NCBI RefSeq assembly: GCF_009914755.1
Contig: NC_060925.1
Length of the DNA stretch: 64,000 nt
DNA from: the human T2T-CHM13v2.0 reference genome, Homo sapiens
Strand: one strand, 5' to 3'
Shown: piece after piece, positions 26,892 to 42,261 of the stretch
Layout: every line of letters starts with the position of its first letter
Numbering within the stretch: the first letter of the stretch is position 1
Position numbers and translations under genes: made by a program
Notes under the pieces: model-generated
The model's database searches: none
What the model was told of the DNA's origin: nothing
What the model saw: the letters and a program-made list of their open reading frames with translations, nothing else

Positions 26892-28478
26892 GTATCTTTC
26901 CTAAGACATAATGTACTATTAACAAACATTAATAATTATACCATTTACATCTTACCAGTTACTAATTTTCCCAACTTTATTTTTATCTTCTTTTCAATGA
27001 CAATGAGTGCTATCAACGTATGTATACTTATTTTATTTTACTCAGATACTTTAATAAACTTATGAAAAATATTTCTGCACTAAGTAACACAGTGAATAAA
27101 ATTCATGGCTGAAGTCCTCACTTCTCCATTCATTCATTTACTTACTAACCCAAGAAATTGTATCTATTGTAAATGAGGCATTATACTGGGTGTTAGGAAA
27201 ATAAGCAAGAACTAATTAGGGGTATAGTTAGTCTATTTGAGTGTGGAGTCAATCTTCACTCACAATGTAATGTTAAGATAACTATTCTCAATTAAACAAA
27301 TATCTGTTTGATAGAAGTTGAACAATAGACCTCATTAGTAGCAAATATTGTGTATTTATAGGGAGTTTGGGACATGTGAAGCAAATAGCAAAATACTAAT
27401 TTTGGAAGCTCTTCTTTGCTGCTGCGGCTTCAAAATATTAGCCTTAATGCTTAAATCATATAAAATTATTGAATTACAGTACCCAGAGAATCACTAAATT
27501 ATATCAAAGTAATTAATAACTATGGAAGGATGGTCACAAATTATTTCAGAGATTAAAATATACTCTGAATTTTTACATCTCTAAATAAAATTATTTATAT
27601 ATCACGATTTTTGTTAGTCAATCATACAAATACTTAGTAATATTTATCAGCAGAAAATTTTTCTCTAGGTCTAATTTAGCATTTTTACTTTAAAGTGCAT
27701 ATTTATATACAATGCTTCAGAATAGAAACAACATGAGCTGTTGAAGATTGAGTAATTCACTAGAGATTTTGGTAATAGTAATCATATTTAAAATGGTGAT
27801 TATAGAAAACTTCTTACATTTATCAGTTTATTAGTAAATATAAGGCACACTATAAGCATTTTACATATACAAGGAGTCTTTCATAAATTTTCATTAAAAA
27901 TTTATGTTTTGAAAAAAACTATGCATAAATTTAAAATTTTTTCTGCACCAAAACAAGCTCATGTTAAGTTGTTACACATGTCTGAACAAGATCTAGTTTA
28001 AGGCATTAAGAAGGATAAGAAATCACTTTGAAAAGAATTCCTAACAGAACAACCTGAATTATGCTAAAATTGAAGCAAGAACAAATATCAAATTTATAGT
28101 GAAGCTTGGATGGAAGAATGGTTAAATCATTGTCGCTTAAAAAAATAGCTTATGAGGACAATGCCCCGAAGAAATCAGTGGTTTTCAAATGGATAATTCG
28201 TTTTAAGAATATAAGAGATGACGTTGAAGATGAAGCCCACAGTGGCAGACCATCCACATCAGTTTGCAAGGAAAAAAAAGTAATCTTGTTTGTGCCCTAA
28301 TTGAAGGAGACAGACAATTAACCGCAGAAACAACAGCCAACATCGTGGACTTCTCAGCTGGCTCAGCTTAGACAATTCTAACTGAAAAATTAAAGACAGG
28401 CAAACGTTCCACTTGATGGGTGCCAAAACTATTGCACCCGCGTCAGCTGCAGACAAAAGCAGAGCTTTCAATGGAAAT

Positions 28479-29308
28479 TATTTTTTTTTTATTGTACTTT
28501 AAGTTCTAGGATACATGTGCACAACGTGCAGGTTTGTTACATATGTATACATGCGCCATGTTGCTGTGCTGCACCCATTAACTCGTCATTTACATTAGGT
28601 ATATCTCCTAATGCTATCCCTCCCCGCTCCCCCCACCCCATGACAGGCCCCAGTGTGTGATGTTCCCCTTCCTGTATCCAAGTGTTCTCATTGTTCAATT
28701 CCCACCTATGAGTGAGAACATGCGGTGTTTGGTTTTTTGTCCTTGCGATAGTTTGCTGAGAATGATGGTTTCCAGCTTCATCCATGTCCCTACAAAGGAC
28801 ATGAACTCATCCTTTATTGTGGCTGCATAGTATTCCATGGTGTATATGTGCCACATTTTCTTAATCCAGTCTATCATTGATGGACATTTGGGTTGGTTCC
28901 AAGTCTTTGCTATTGTGAATAGTGCCACAATAAACATACATGTGTATATGTCTTTATAGCAGCATGATTTATAATCCTTTGGGTATACACCCAGTAATGG
29001 GATGGCTGGGTCAAATGGTATTTCTAGTTCTAGATCCTTGAGGAATCACCACACTGTCTTCCATAATGGTTGAACTAATTTACAGGAACAGTGTAAAAGT
29101 GTTCCTGTTTCTCCACATCCTCTCCAGCACCTGTTGTTTCCTGACTTTTTAATGATCGCCATTCTAACTGGTGTGAGACGGTATCTCATTGTGGTTTTGA
29201 TTTGCAGTTCTCTGATGGCCAGTGATGATGAGATACCATCTCACACCAGTTAGAATGGCGATCATTAAAATGTCAGGAAACAACAGGTGCTGGAGAGGAT
29301 GTGGAGAA
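28479..29308 (-). mobile_element. L1PA (PA3-5-like) 3' fragment with a fold-back inverted duplication at its 5' end
   Basis: Poly-T, L1 3'UTR and ORF2 C-terminus (ORF 28695-28937 'MFIVALFTIAKTWNQPKCP'); 29228-29308 is the inverse of 29109-29189. Confidence 0.95.
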
Positions 29309-29583
29309 CTGGAAAATTTTTAAAGTGAGATCAAGATCCTGAAGCATTTATTTGCAAAATTATAACAGGAAATAGAACATGGCTTTGCCAGCACAATCTT
29401 GAAGATAAAGCACCATCAGCACAATGGCTACCAAGAAGTAGAAGTGGTCTAGTCAAAGCAAAAGCAGACTGGTCAAGAGGAAAAATCACAGCAACAGTGT
29501 TTGGGGAGGCTCAAGGCATTCTTCTTCTTGACTCTGTGGCGGGCCAAAGAATGGTGACATCCACTTATTATGAAAGTGTTCGG

Positions 29584-30014
<431 letters not shown>

Positions 30015-30269
30015 TTAGTTGAGAATTTTGATAGAAAATCTTAGGCATCCACCTTGTAGTCCTGACTTGGTGCCTGCTGACTTCTCTTTGTTTCCTAATC
30101 TTAAAAATATGTGTAACGGGCACCCATTTTTTCTTCAGGTAATAATGTAAAAAAGACTGCGTCATTATGGTTAAATTCCTAGGACTCTAGGATTCTTTGT
30201 TCTTCAGGGATGAAGTAAAAAGCTGGCATCATCACAAAAATGTCTTGAGCATGGTGGAGCTTATGTTGA

Positions 30270-30598
<329 letters not shown>

Positions 30599-32124
30599 AA
30601 TATCTTTTATTTTTATCTTTGAATCTCATTTTTCCAAGATCTTTTTGAAGTATCCTCATATAAATATATTCATTACTTCATACAACCCAAAGGCTAGACC
30701 TATCATTATTCCTAATTTATAAATATGAAATTGAGAGAGAAAACAGATATGTACATTGGTTAATATTACACAAACAGATTACTATCAAACAATCCTAAGT
30801 TAACACTGAGGTATTAACAATGAGGTATTAACACTTAGTCAGTGAATTAACTGACTGTCAGGAGGCAAGAAGCAGAACATGTTCATACATATCGGTTTTG
30901 CAAAATTGAAGTTTGTCAGATATTTTGAACACAGTTCCGTAACTGAAGGACCTTTGAAGACTCTTTGGAAATAATGATCTTGTTGTTTCATATGACAGTG
31001 AGGTTGCTTCTACAAATTCTGTTCTAGTCAAATAAAAATTGAAGAAGATCGTATGGAAAATTTCTTTTTTTGATGGAAAATTTTCAGAAACAAAAAGGGT
31101 TTGTTTTGTCATTTCATATGTACCAATCATGTTCACTATGAGATTAAAATGTGTACTTTTTTCCAGAGCTATGAAACTGAAGACATACTATATTTCTTCT
31201 AGGCCACAACATATAGTAATGACAAAATGTTTTTTATAAAATTTAGATTTTATTTTTTTCTTTTAGTTTGTTGTTCTTTAATGTTTGGTTTCAAAACTGA
31301 AAATATTGTCTCGATTTTAAGTTTGAAAGTACTCAAGAGCAAACTTGTGGATACACATCTTTGTATCCCCAGTGTCTAGACCTGGATTATTACATTTGCT
31401 CAGTATTTGTTAAATATGTGAAAGCACCAAGTAATGGGCAAAATAAGGTCAATCTTAACTAGCCACATGTCTATAAGAATTTTTTTAAATTACCCACATT
31501 TGTGGCTCACAGGGATGTTGATCTTCCAGTTGGTAAATCAAATATTAGGGTGTTTTCATGAATGGTATTGAACCTAAGTGTAGTCCATACACTTTACAGA
31601 AAGCCTTTGTTACCTCTGAAACCAATAGTATTTATTAAAGAAATTGATGTTAAAATAACTAACCATGGTTTACATCCTCTATATTTCAATCTCTCCCTTT
31701 CTCTTGCAAAAAGAGTCAAATTCAGACAGTCTTTAAGTTCTTCATAATTCCTTATTATGAAAATCAGAAGTTAGTTTGTATGCACATAATAAAAATATAA
31801 ATCTACTATAGACATTAAACATACTAAAAAAGGAAAGATTTCCACCTTTCTTATGTCTTCCACCTAAATATATCTCTTAGTCATAATGTTAAGACTGTAG
31901 CTATGAATCATTAACACATCAGAAAAATATTATATCAGATATACTATTTTATCTTTAAATTTAATTCTTTCATAAAACTCACATTCCATGTATCACCATT
32001 CCTTTGCAACAAATAACAGTTCAGTTGAGATTCTCTGCCTTTCTCTGTTGAGGTGAAAATGTTTTGAAACCCAGATATAAAATCAGGATAAAGTGAAAAA
32101 TGTTCCATTTATTGGCAAAAGTTT

Positions 32125-33460
32125 AGACACATAGATCAATGGAACAAAACAGAAAGCCTAGAGATAAACCCAAACAAGCATAATCAATTTATTTCTGACA
32201 AAGATTTAAAAGAAATTTAATATAGAAAAGAAATCTTTCAACGAATGGTTCTTGAACAACTGGACATCTATATGCAAAAAAATGAAACTCAACACATATT
32301 TTATGCCTTATACAATAACGAACAGAAAATGGATCATAGGCCTACATGAAAAACACAAAAACTATAAAACTTATTTGAGAAAACAGAAGAAACGTTATTC
32401 AACAATGAGTTTGGTGATGACTTTTTCAATACAAAACCAAATACATCATTCGTAAATGAATATTAATAAATTTGACTTTAGAAAAATTAAAAACTATTAC
32501 TTTGCGAAAGAGACTGTTAAGACAAAAAAAGGACGTTAAAGGTTAGGAGAAATCCTTGCAAACCACATATCTGATGAAGGACTTGTATTGGGAATACATT
32601 TAAAGAAACCATTTAAAACTCAAAATTAAGAAAATGAACAGCCCAATTAAAAATAGACAAAATAAATTAACAGACACCTCATTAAAGAAGACATATTTAG
32701 GGAAAATAAGCATATGAGCATATTAACATATGATCTACATCATAGAGCTTCTTTTGTTTTTGTTATTATATAAGGTATATGTGTTGAGGTTCACTTTTTG
32801 CATATAGATATCAATTGTTCAAGAAACATTTGTTGAAAAGATTTCTTTTTTCCATTACATTTCTTTTAAATCTTTGTCAAACATCAACTGATGATGCTTG
32901 TTTGGGCTTTCTGTTTTGTTCCATTATAAGAAATATTCCAGATAAAAAACCTACTTACTCTATGATTCCATTTATTTGAAATCCTGTAAAAGGCAAAACT
33001 GTGATGATGGGAATACAGTGCAGTGATCACCAGGGGGTTGAAGCAAGGAGCGTATTTGACTAGAGGAAGAACGGGATATTTTAGGTCAGTGGAGCTGATG
33101 TGGCACTGGAGTATATGGCACTGTGGTGGTGGAAAGCCCAGGAAATCTATGACTGAAAGCTCAGAAAAGCTATGACTGTCACAATCCACTGAACGTCGCA
33201 GCATTGATAAAGACAGCTTTAATATTTGCAAATTTAAATTACCAACTGAGAAGTCAGGGAGTCCCAGGATAAAATACAGGCCATAACAACAGAGCTAATT
33301 ATACTACAACTGTGGGGCAGAGTCCTACCAAAGCAGTCGGAGCAAAAAGGGACTGATGAAACTAACTTTGGAAAATAGTTTTCTAATCAAAACTTTAAGG
33401 TGAAAACAAAAGGCACAGTCCATAAACACCACAGTCTAGTTGGTAAAGTCACTTCTCACA
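32125..33460 (+). mobile_element. Old L1M (MC/MD-like) fragments with an internal inverted duplication
   Basis: 'agacacatagatcaatggaac...aaccacatatctgat...tatgattccatttat...aaaaggcaaaact'. Confidence 0.75.
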
Positions 33461-34854
33461 GGGGCACAGGTATACATTCTAATGTATAAATTCTGTGTGT
33501 ATACCAGGGCTCAACAAAGGAGTAGATACACAGCATATGGACCTTCCCCACTCTCTGAAAGCAGAACAGTGGAGCCATTATAGAGCTTGCTTCCTTTATT
33601 TCCTGTCATTTATGAATCATTGTCTTTTATTGAGTAATGTCCAACATCTTGAAAAAATAGAGAATAGGAAAATAATAGAGAAATCAGTGAAATGGAGTTG
33701 GTTTTTCAAAGAGATCACCAAATTGCCAAGCCATTAGCGAGACTGACTAAGAAAAAGAGAAGACTCAAATAAGTAAAATCAGAAATGAAAGTGTGGAAAT
33801 TATACCAATCATATAGATAGGTTAAATATTTTAATTTCTCTCTTTCTTGTAATTTAAATGTCTTTTACCATTAGTGACTTAAAGCATTTTACAGTATATA
33901 TTATATATTTATATATTATATATATTTCATATTTTATATATTTTATATGTGTAAAATATACATGGACCCTCTTTTCTTCAATTGCCCGTGTAATAATATG
34001 TAAGGTCTTTTGTACATTAAAGAAATTTATCTCATAAATGCATTTATGTTGCAAATCCTCCAGTTCATCATTTGGTGATAATTTTGTCTTTATGGTGAAT
34101 TTTTGTGAAGTCACATCTGTCACTTTTATGTCTTCTGCTTTTGGTAGAAAGCTTTTTCTGCATAGAAAGACCTTCTCTATTGTAACTTTATGAACAATAC
34201 GCGTTTAAATTTTCTTAGTGCTCATATATTTAATCAATCTAAAATAGATATTGTGCATTTCAATCAGAAATGTATATTATTTTGAGCTAGGTATACTATT
34301 AGCATATTTCATTCTCAATGAGTAGTCAACAATCTCATTCATTTAAAAAATACATCGCATCCTTATTGCTAAAACAAATTTCACTAACCATATGTGTTTG
34401 ATGACTCTGTTCTTTTTCTGCAAGGCTATCTTTCTTATATTGGTGTTTTATTTATTTTTGTTTTCTGTGTATTCTTTTAGACCACTCTTTATTTTTAAAA
34501 AATTACCCTCATAATCTAGAGAAAGGGGGTAAATAAGACAATCAGTTTTGGCAATACATATATATTTTTGTACTTAAGTGCAGCAAATGAACTGTGGAAT
34601 CATGGAATAGATTCAGCAACCAGCATGCTATGTGTAAAAGGTACTTACGGTTTGATCAGGTAAATTAAAAAGTTAAAGTTGACTTAGCTGAAAACAAGTT
34701 AACATATGAAATTATATCAATAGAAATATAGTAGGCAGGATCATGGAGATTGGTCTGCTAGCTTTATGCAGTTTATATCAAAAGTTTAAATTTATATCCA
34801 TGCTGAGTGCTCACATTTATGAGGGCTACTGTGTAGTCATCTGACAAATTGTCA

Positions 34855-36690
34855 AATATTAAATTAATATTAATATAATATAATTAATTATAATATAATA
34901 TATTATATTAATATGTAATATAATATATTATATTATGTTAATATGTAATATAATATAGTATATTATGTTAATATGAAATATAATATAGTATATTATGTTA
35001 ATATGAAATATAATATATAATAACAATATCAATATAATTATAATACAATTTAATAATATTAATATAATATCATTATAGCAATTATACAATGATTATAATA
35101 TAATTATCAATGTATTAATTATTACTATATTATTAATAATATTATTAATATGTCAATTATTACTATATTGTTAATATAATTATTATATAATATAATATAA
35201 TTATATCACTATTATTATATTATAGTATTAATATAATAGTGTATAACATTAATATAATATAGTATTAATATAATAGCGTATAACATTAATATAACATAGT
35301 ATTAATATAATAGCGTATAACATTAATATAACATAGTATTAATATAATAGCGTATAACATTAATATAACATAGTATTAATATAATAGCGTATAACATTAA
35401 TATAACATAGTATTAATATAATAGCGTATAACATTAATATAACATAGTATTAATATAATAGCGTATAACATTAATATAACATAGTATTAATATAATAGCG
35501 TATAACATTAATATAACATATTATTAATATAATAGCGTATAACAATAATATAACATAGTATTAATATAATAGCGTATAACATTAATATAACATAGTATTA
35601 ATATAATAGCGTATAACATTAATATAACATAGTATTAATATAATAGCGTATAACATTAATATAACATAGTATTAATATAATAGCGTATAACATTAATATA
35701 ACATAGTATTAATATAATAGCGTATAACATTAATATAACATAGTATTAATATAATAGCGTATAACATTAATATAACATAGTATTAATATAATAGCGTATA
35801 ACATTAATATAACATAGTATTAATATAATAGCGTATAACATTAATATAACATAGTATTAATATAATAGCGTATAACATTAATATAACATAGTATTAATAT
35901 AATAGCGTATAACATTAATATAACATAGTATTAATATAATAGCGTATAACATTAATATAACATAGTATTAATATAATAGCGTATAACATTAATATAACAT
36001 AGTATTAATATAATAGCGTATAACATTAATATAATATAGTATTAATATAATAGCGTATAACATTAATATAATATAGTATTAATATAATAGCGTATAACAT
36101 TAATATAATATAGTATTAATATAATAGCGTATAACATTAATATAATATAGTATTAATATAATAGTGTATATTAATATAATATAGTATTAATATAATAGTA
36201 TATAATATTAATATAATATAATATCAATATAATAGTATATAATATTAATATAATATAATATCAATATAATAGTATATAATATTAATATAATATAATATCA
36301 ATACAATAGTATATATTAATATAATATAATATCAATACAATAGTATATATTAATATAATATAATATCAATACAATAGTATATAATATTAATATAATATAT
36401 CAATATAATAGTATATAATATAATATAATATATCAATATAATAGTATATAATATAATATAATATATCAATATAATAGTATATAATATAATATAATATATC
36501 AATATAATAGTATATAATATTAATATATTAATATAATAGTATATAATATTAATGTAATATAATATTAACATAATGTATATAATAATATAATAGTATATAA
36601 TACTAATATAATATAATATTACTATTATAGTATATTCTAACTTACATTACTATATAATACAATTAATTGTGATATAATTAATATTACTAA
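34855..36690. repeat. About 1.8-kb AT-rich tandem block containing a 37-bp VNTR (35224-36185, about 26 copies)
   Basis: Unit agtattaatataatagcgtataacattaatataacat; unit starts at 35224 and 36149 are 25x37 apart; degenerate AT repeats on both sides. Confidence 0.97.
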
Positions 36691-38702
36691 AACCGGACAA
36701 TGTGTCATATGGATAAGTCTAAAAAACCAATTGTGATTTGTGGTTTGTATGGGTGGTGGGAAAATAGCTTTGTATGCTAATGGAAAAGAAAATTTATATT
36801 CATTCCATGTGAATTACTTTGGTCCACTGCTCATTTGAAAAATATTTCCATTCAAGAGGCACTGCGTTCCCTTAGCTCCTGTTTGGTTGCCAAGAGATTA
36901 AGTTTGTCCTCTAGTGACTGATTTATTTCCACTCTGTGGAATGGCTCACATTAACAGGGAGATAAAGAGTGAAAAACTAAAATTTCATTTATAAGAGTTT
37001 AATTTATTTTTACCAACAGATTGAACCGAAACTCTATAATACTAGAAATTAAGCCTGAGGGTTGGCGCTAGGTTAATAATGTCCTTTGTTTTCCTTCCCT
37101 TAGATTTCTCTTTTGCTACAATTATTTCATCACCACAGTTAATCCCAGCAAGTCCCCATTAATTCGATGCCAAACAGAACAGTATTCTAAACCAGCAACT
37201 CCGTAGTTACTTTCTATGGCTCAACTTTCAGAGTTTTTGTGAAGAATGGGATTTAGAAGCTTATTATTGACCAAAAATACGTAAAGCAGACTTGAAAGTT
37301 GTTTTCTGGGATATGGCTGCACTCTTAAATCACTCACAAATTGAGAAAGAATAACTGAAGCCAATAGAGGCAATGGTAGAATGCAGATATTTTCCTCTGA
37401 CTGTTCTATGTTAGAAACAAAGAGAAGAGGTAGAAGAAATATATAAGGAACAGTTATAGACGCTATAGAAACTGGAATGAAAGCGTTAATCATTAATCCC
37501 ACGACTTACCTGGAAGTTTGGATTCTATATGTCTTTGTGATTTCAGGTCTTGAGCCATTTTTTGGGAAACAAGAGTTCAGCTTATTTATCACAATAAATG
37601 ACTGTTGTTTTTTTTTTCCCTCTGCTATTATATAGAAATTAACTTAAAATTTCCTAAACTAACATGACTCCAACAAGAGAAACTAGAGATAGGGGGTAGA
37701 AATTATTTTAAAAAACAAGAGAGTTTTAACAATAAGATTTGTCATTACAAAGTAATAATAATTGATTTCCACGCCTTCATTTATTCTCCAGGGTCCTTTA
37801 TAAAAGGATATTAAATTTCAAACAAGAGCCAGACTATAAATAGCACTGAGAAAGATAACGCATTTAATTAAATATGTGTTTAGTGAATGACTGATTTCAG
37901 TTAATTTCTAAGAATATGATTTGACAATGTGACTGTTTTCACAGTTTACGGTGTTCAAAAAGAAAAGGAATACTGCAGATTATGAGAGAAGAAACTAGAG
38001 TTTTACATAAACTTTTTTTTAGGATTGAATCAAACTAAATTAGCACTTTTAATTAATTTTGTATGTTAAAAGTTGTAGATCACTATGCTAACATATCAAC
38101 CAAGAAAATAATACGCTTGGGAAAGTTTCTTGAAGTGGAATAAGGTATTATGCAAAATGAAGATGAATGAGATTTGGTTATCAAAATGCTAACCATCAAC
38201 ACCTACCTGCCAATCAAAATGTATTGGTAACTTATTTTAAATTTCAGATAAAAAATTAAAGATATTCTAATGAATCCAAAATAAATATAAAAAGATAAAT
38301 AGTATATCCAGAGAAATTAATTATATAAATGAATTTTCTGTCTCAGATTATACATCAAAGATATGGTCATGTCTGTTTTACTTACTTTGTATAATATTAT
38401 GTCACATATGTAAATTGATAGCTCTATTAAAACTGTAAAAAATATTAGTGAAGTGTATTTCCCAATTCATACTTTGTGTGCAACTTTTTTTTCATTTATT
38501 GGACAAGTCATTTAATTTGACAGCTCTAATTTTATGGAATTGTTCTTTCAAGACATATACTTGAAGTTGCTCTTTATATCAATCTTGTACGACCTTCTTC
38601 ATATTTTTCTCATCTCACAATCTAGGCATACCCTCATAAAATAATATACATATTTTATTGTTAGTATTGCTGCTGTCATTGCCAATATGCAGAAAAAGTT
38701 AG

Positions 38703-39129
<427 letters not shown>

Positions 39130-39731
39130 TCATGTCTTCTTATTCTATGAAGTTGCTTATATGAACCTATATGTGTATGAAAAACAGTAGCTTTTTCTGT
39201 GTAAGGAGGAATGCAGAATAATTATGTTAGTCTTGTGGCACCAGTGTTAATATAATATGACCAACTGCTTTTTCAATAAAATTAGAAAACTGCTTCTTGG
39301 CAATCCAATAATATAGCAAAAAATGTCATTTCTCACTTCATACATGCTCTGTCAAGTTTGTGTACTCAGATCAATCTGAGATTATAGTTTCCAGTTTTTC
39401 TTTTTGTATTTTATCTAGTGTTCCCTCCTTTGTGTGTTCAGTTTGTGTAAAATTCTAAATAGTTCTTTTAAGTCTCATATTCTCCCTGAAATTGGGGACT
39501 TTAGACAACATTAATTTTCCTTTGTTTCTGAGTCACTCTTATATTCAGCTGCATGCACTTTTTGTTGGATATTTTGTGTCTCTTCTTCATTTTTCACAAA
39601 TGTTGACCACAAAGAAACAAGATCATTCAAATATAGAACTAAAATGATAATTAATTTTATTTTCTAGTAAGTTTTACATCAAAGCAGGAGATATACTTAT
39701 AAGGGACCCAACAAATCAATGTATTTTTCTC

Positions 39732-39802
39732 ATATATGTGTGTGTGTACATATATATATACACATACATATGTATATATGTATATATGGGTGTGTATATA
39801 TA

Positions 39803-39845
<43 letters not shown>
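39732..39845. repeat. Compound (TG)/(TA) microsatellite
   Basis: Seen directly. Confidence 0.95.
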
Positions 39846-41644
39846 TTTAACACTGCTTTTCCTCTTGGGCCAATCATGTTGAATTCATCCTAGAACATAG
39901 CCTACTGCTTTGCCCTTTTAAAACAATTTCCTGTAAGTATTTTCCTGGCTGATGTAGTTTCAGGACTCTGTCCTATTGTTTTAAATTTTATTTATAGTCA
40001 AGAACAGGTTTTATTATCACTAAAGTGTCCTTTGTATTCTCTCAAAAAATGCAATGCATATCTGAGGAGGTGGACGGGTATTAAAATAGGAGATGGAAAT
40101 TATAATATAGTGAAGGGAGAACAGCAACATAATGTAGTAGATTCTAACCTAGATGAAGTAAAAACAAAAAATAAAGTAAAATAGATACAGTAGGACAAAA
40201 TTGCTTGTAGCACAGAATAATTAGATAAAATATACAAATTGTCTGTATAATGCATCAGCAAGGTGCTGATGCAATGGAGAACCAATGGGGTTTATATTGC
40301 AAAAAGGAAGGGCCTCCAAGAGGCGGGCTAACTTCTGGAACCACTTTTCCTTAGGGTGCTTACTGACTGCAAAAAGCAGGAGACTGGGAGAATGTGCACT
40401 TTGCCTAGAGGACTGCTGCTGGGGCACTGGATGACCTCGTGGCTGAAGAGACACATTTGAAGACTTGAAGCAATCTAATCATATGTAGTTGGTTTTGTCT
40501 TTAAGACATCTGCCAAATTCTGAAATTACATAGGGCTTAAGTATAAAATATATAAGCTAGACATCTCTTTACAACCAGAGCTGAGATCAGGAAACGATTA
40601 GTTAAGAGCCGATTGGATGTATTAATACATGCTGCTAGAATAGTAGTGAAGGACTGAGCTTTATTAAACTTGTAATTAGCCACTACTCTACTTACCTAGC
40701 AAAGGGAGGTGAAGCACACTCTGCTGAAGTAAAACTTAATCTGTAGCTTTAGGCATATTATACGCAATGTCCAATATGCAATAAAAAATCAGTAGGTATT
40801 CCAAGAGGGAAGACCACAGACAACAGAAGCAAAGCTGCATGTGATCAGATAATGGAATTAGCAGACGAGAATTATAATTAAGGATGATTAAGAAAACAGA
40901 GGACAAAAGGGGAAAAAGGAGTAGAAAGATGTCAAAAATTAACTAGAGAACTGTAATCCATGAAAATTAATTAAATGGAAGTTCTAGAACTGAAAAGGAT
41001 GACATCTAAAAAGAAAACGGAGATGTTTTGGAAAAATCTCTGACGATTTTCCATTAAAAAATGCCGGTTTTATTAAACAGACATACTAGATTTGATTTCA
41101 TCCACTTCTTCTACTAGCTAGATAAACTTAATTTCACCTACTTGGGCATTAGATTCTTTATTTTTACCATTTGCACAATAATACCTATCCCTTAGAGTGG
41201 TTTTACTCAAATGAAATAATATATAACAAGCACCTAGAGTAAAACCTGCCACAAATAAACCTAAAAGATGGAAGTTTTTATTCTAATATTAACCTAAAAT
41301 AATATTAGTTTAAAATAACATTCGCTGATTTTTATAGGAAATAAGTACATCAAGGTTTTTTACAAAAAGAAAAGGAAGGATTATATGAAGGCTGACAGTG
41401 TCACATGATGTTTGTAGAACCGAAAAATGAATTAAAGATGGACGAAATAGCAAGTCAAAAGGGCAACCCTGGAAGAAAAGTGCAGCGAGGTAGAGAGTGA
41501 AAACAGAAGACAAATTTGAAGCAATGTCTGTTTTGTAGATCTTGTTTTCTGGAAACTTCATTCTCACTTAAGCAATGATGGTTTCTCTCTCATTATCCTG
41601 ATTAGAGCAAGGAGAATAATTCATGAGATTCTGCAATTTAAGCT

Positions 41645-41647
<3 letters not shown>

Positions 41648-41697
<50 letters not shown>
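41648..41697. repeat. (CA)n microsatellite, about 25 units
   Basis: Perfect run. Confidence 0.98.
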
Positions 41698-41699
<2 letters not shown>

Positions 41700-42261
41700 C
41701 TTGCTAGACTTACACATATTCTGCTAGCTGCTGAGGATAGATATTTCTAAGTGAAAAATGCTTCATAAATAGTAAGATGTAACTGTGCTAATGGCCATGT
41801 GACAGGGTATAAATCTACAGCTAGGATCTATTCACAGATGTCCACTTAAGGTTGATTAGTTCTGGCTAGTGTTTCTTTTACTTGTCAGCAAGAGGAAATT
41901 TTATTTCAGACAGTAGGGAAAATTCAGAGACTCAGAGACACACGTAAATAAATAATCTTAGGGAGATTTTATATATATGTTTTTTGATAAATTACCATCT
42001 CCCTAAAGCCAAAGGGAATCCAACTGCCACAGATCCCTTACTGTTGCTGTACCTTGATAAAAGCCCTAGAATTTAAGATTGGAAACTTTTGCTTTTATTT
42101 TTATTTTAAAGTGATACATCCTCAACTGGTAAGTCAATTTTTACTTAATTTGTATGGAAATGTTATTTTCTACTTAGTCAACATAGTTTCTAGCTTCAAG
42201 AAACTAGAAAACATTATATTTTTATTTTTTTAATCTATGACAGCATAGATATTGCAAAATA

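Noticed and set aside
35224-36185. 37-bp repeat as a CRISPR-like array
   Set aside because: Units are head-to-tail with no unique spacers, there are no cas genes, and the context is primate.
36350-36571. Ile/Tyr-rich 73-aa ORF
   Set aside because: Translation of a low-complexity AT repeat.
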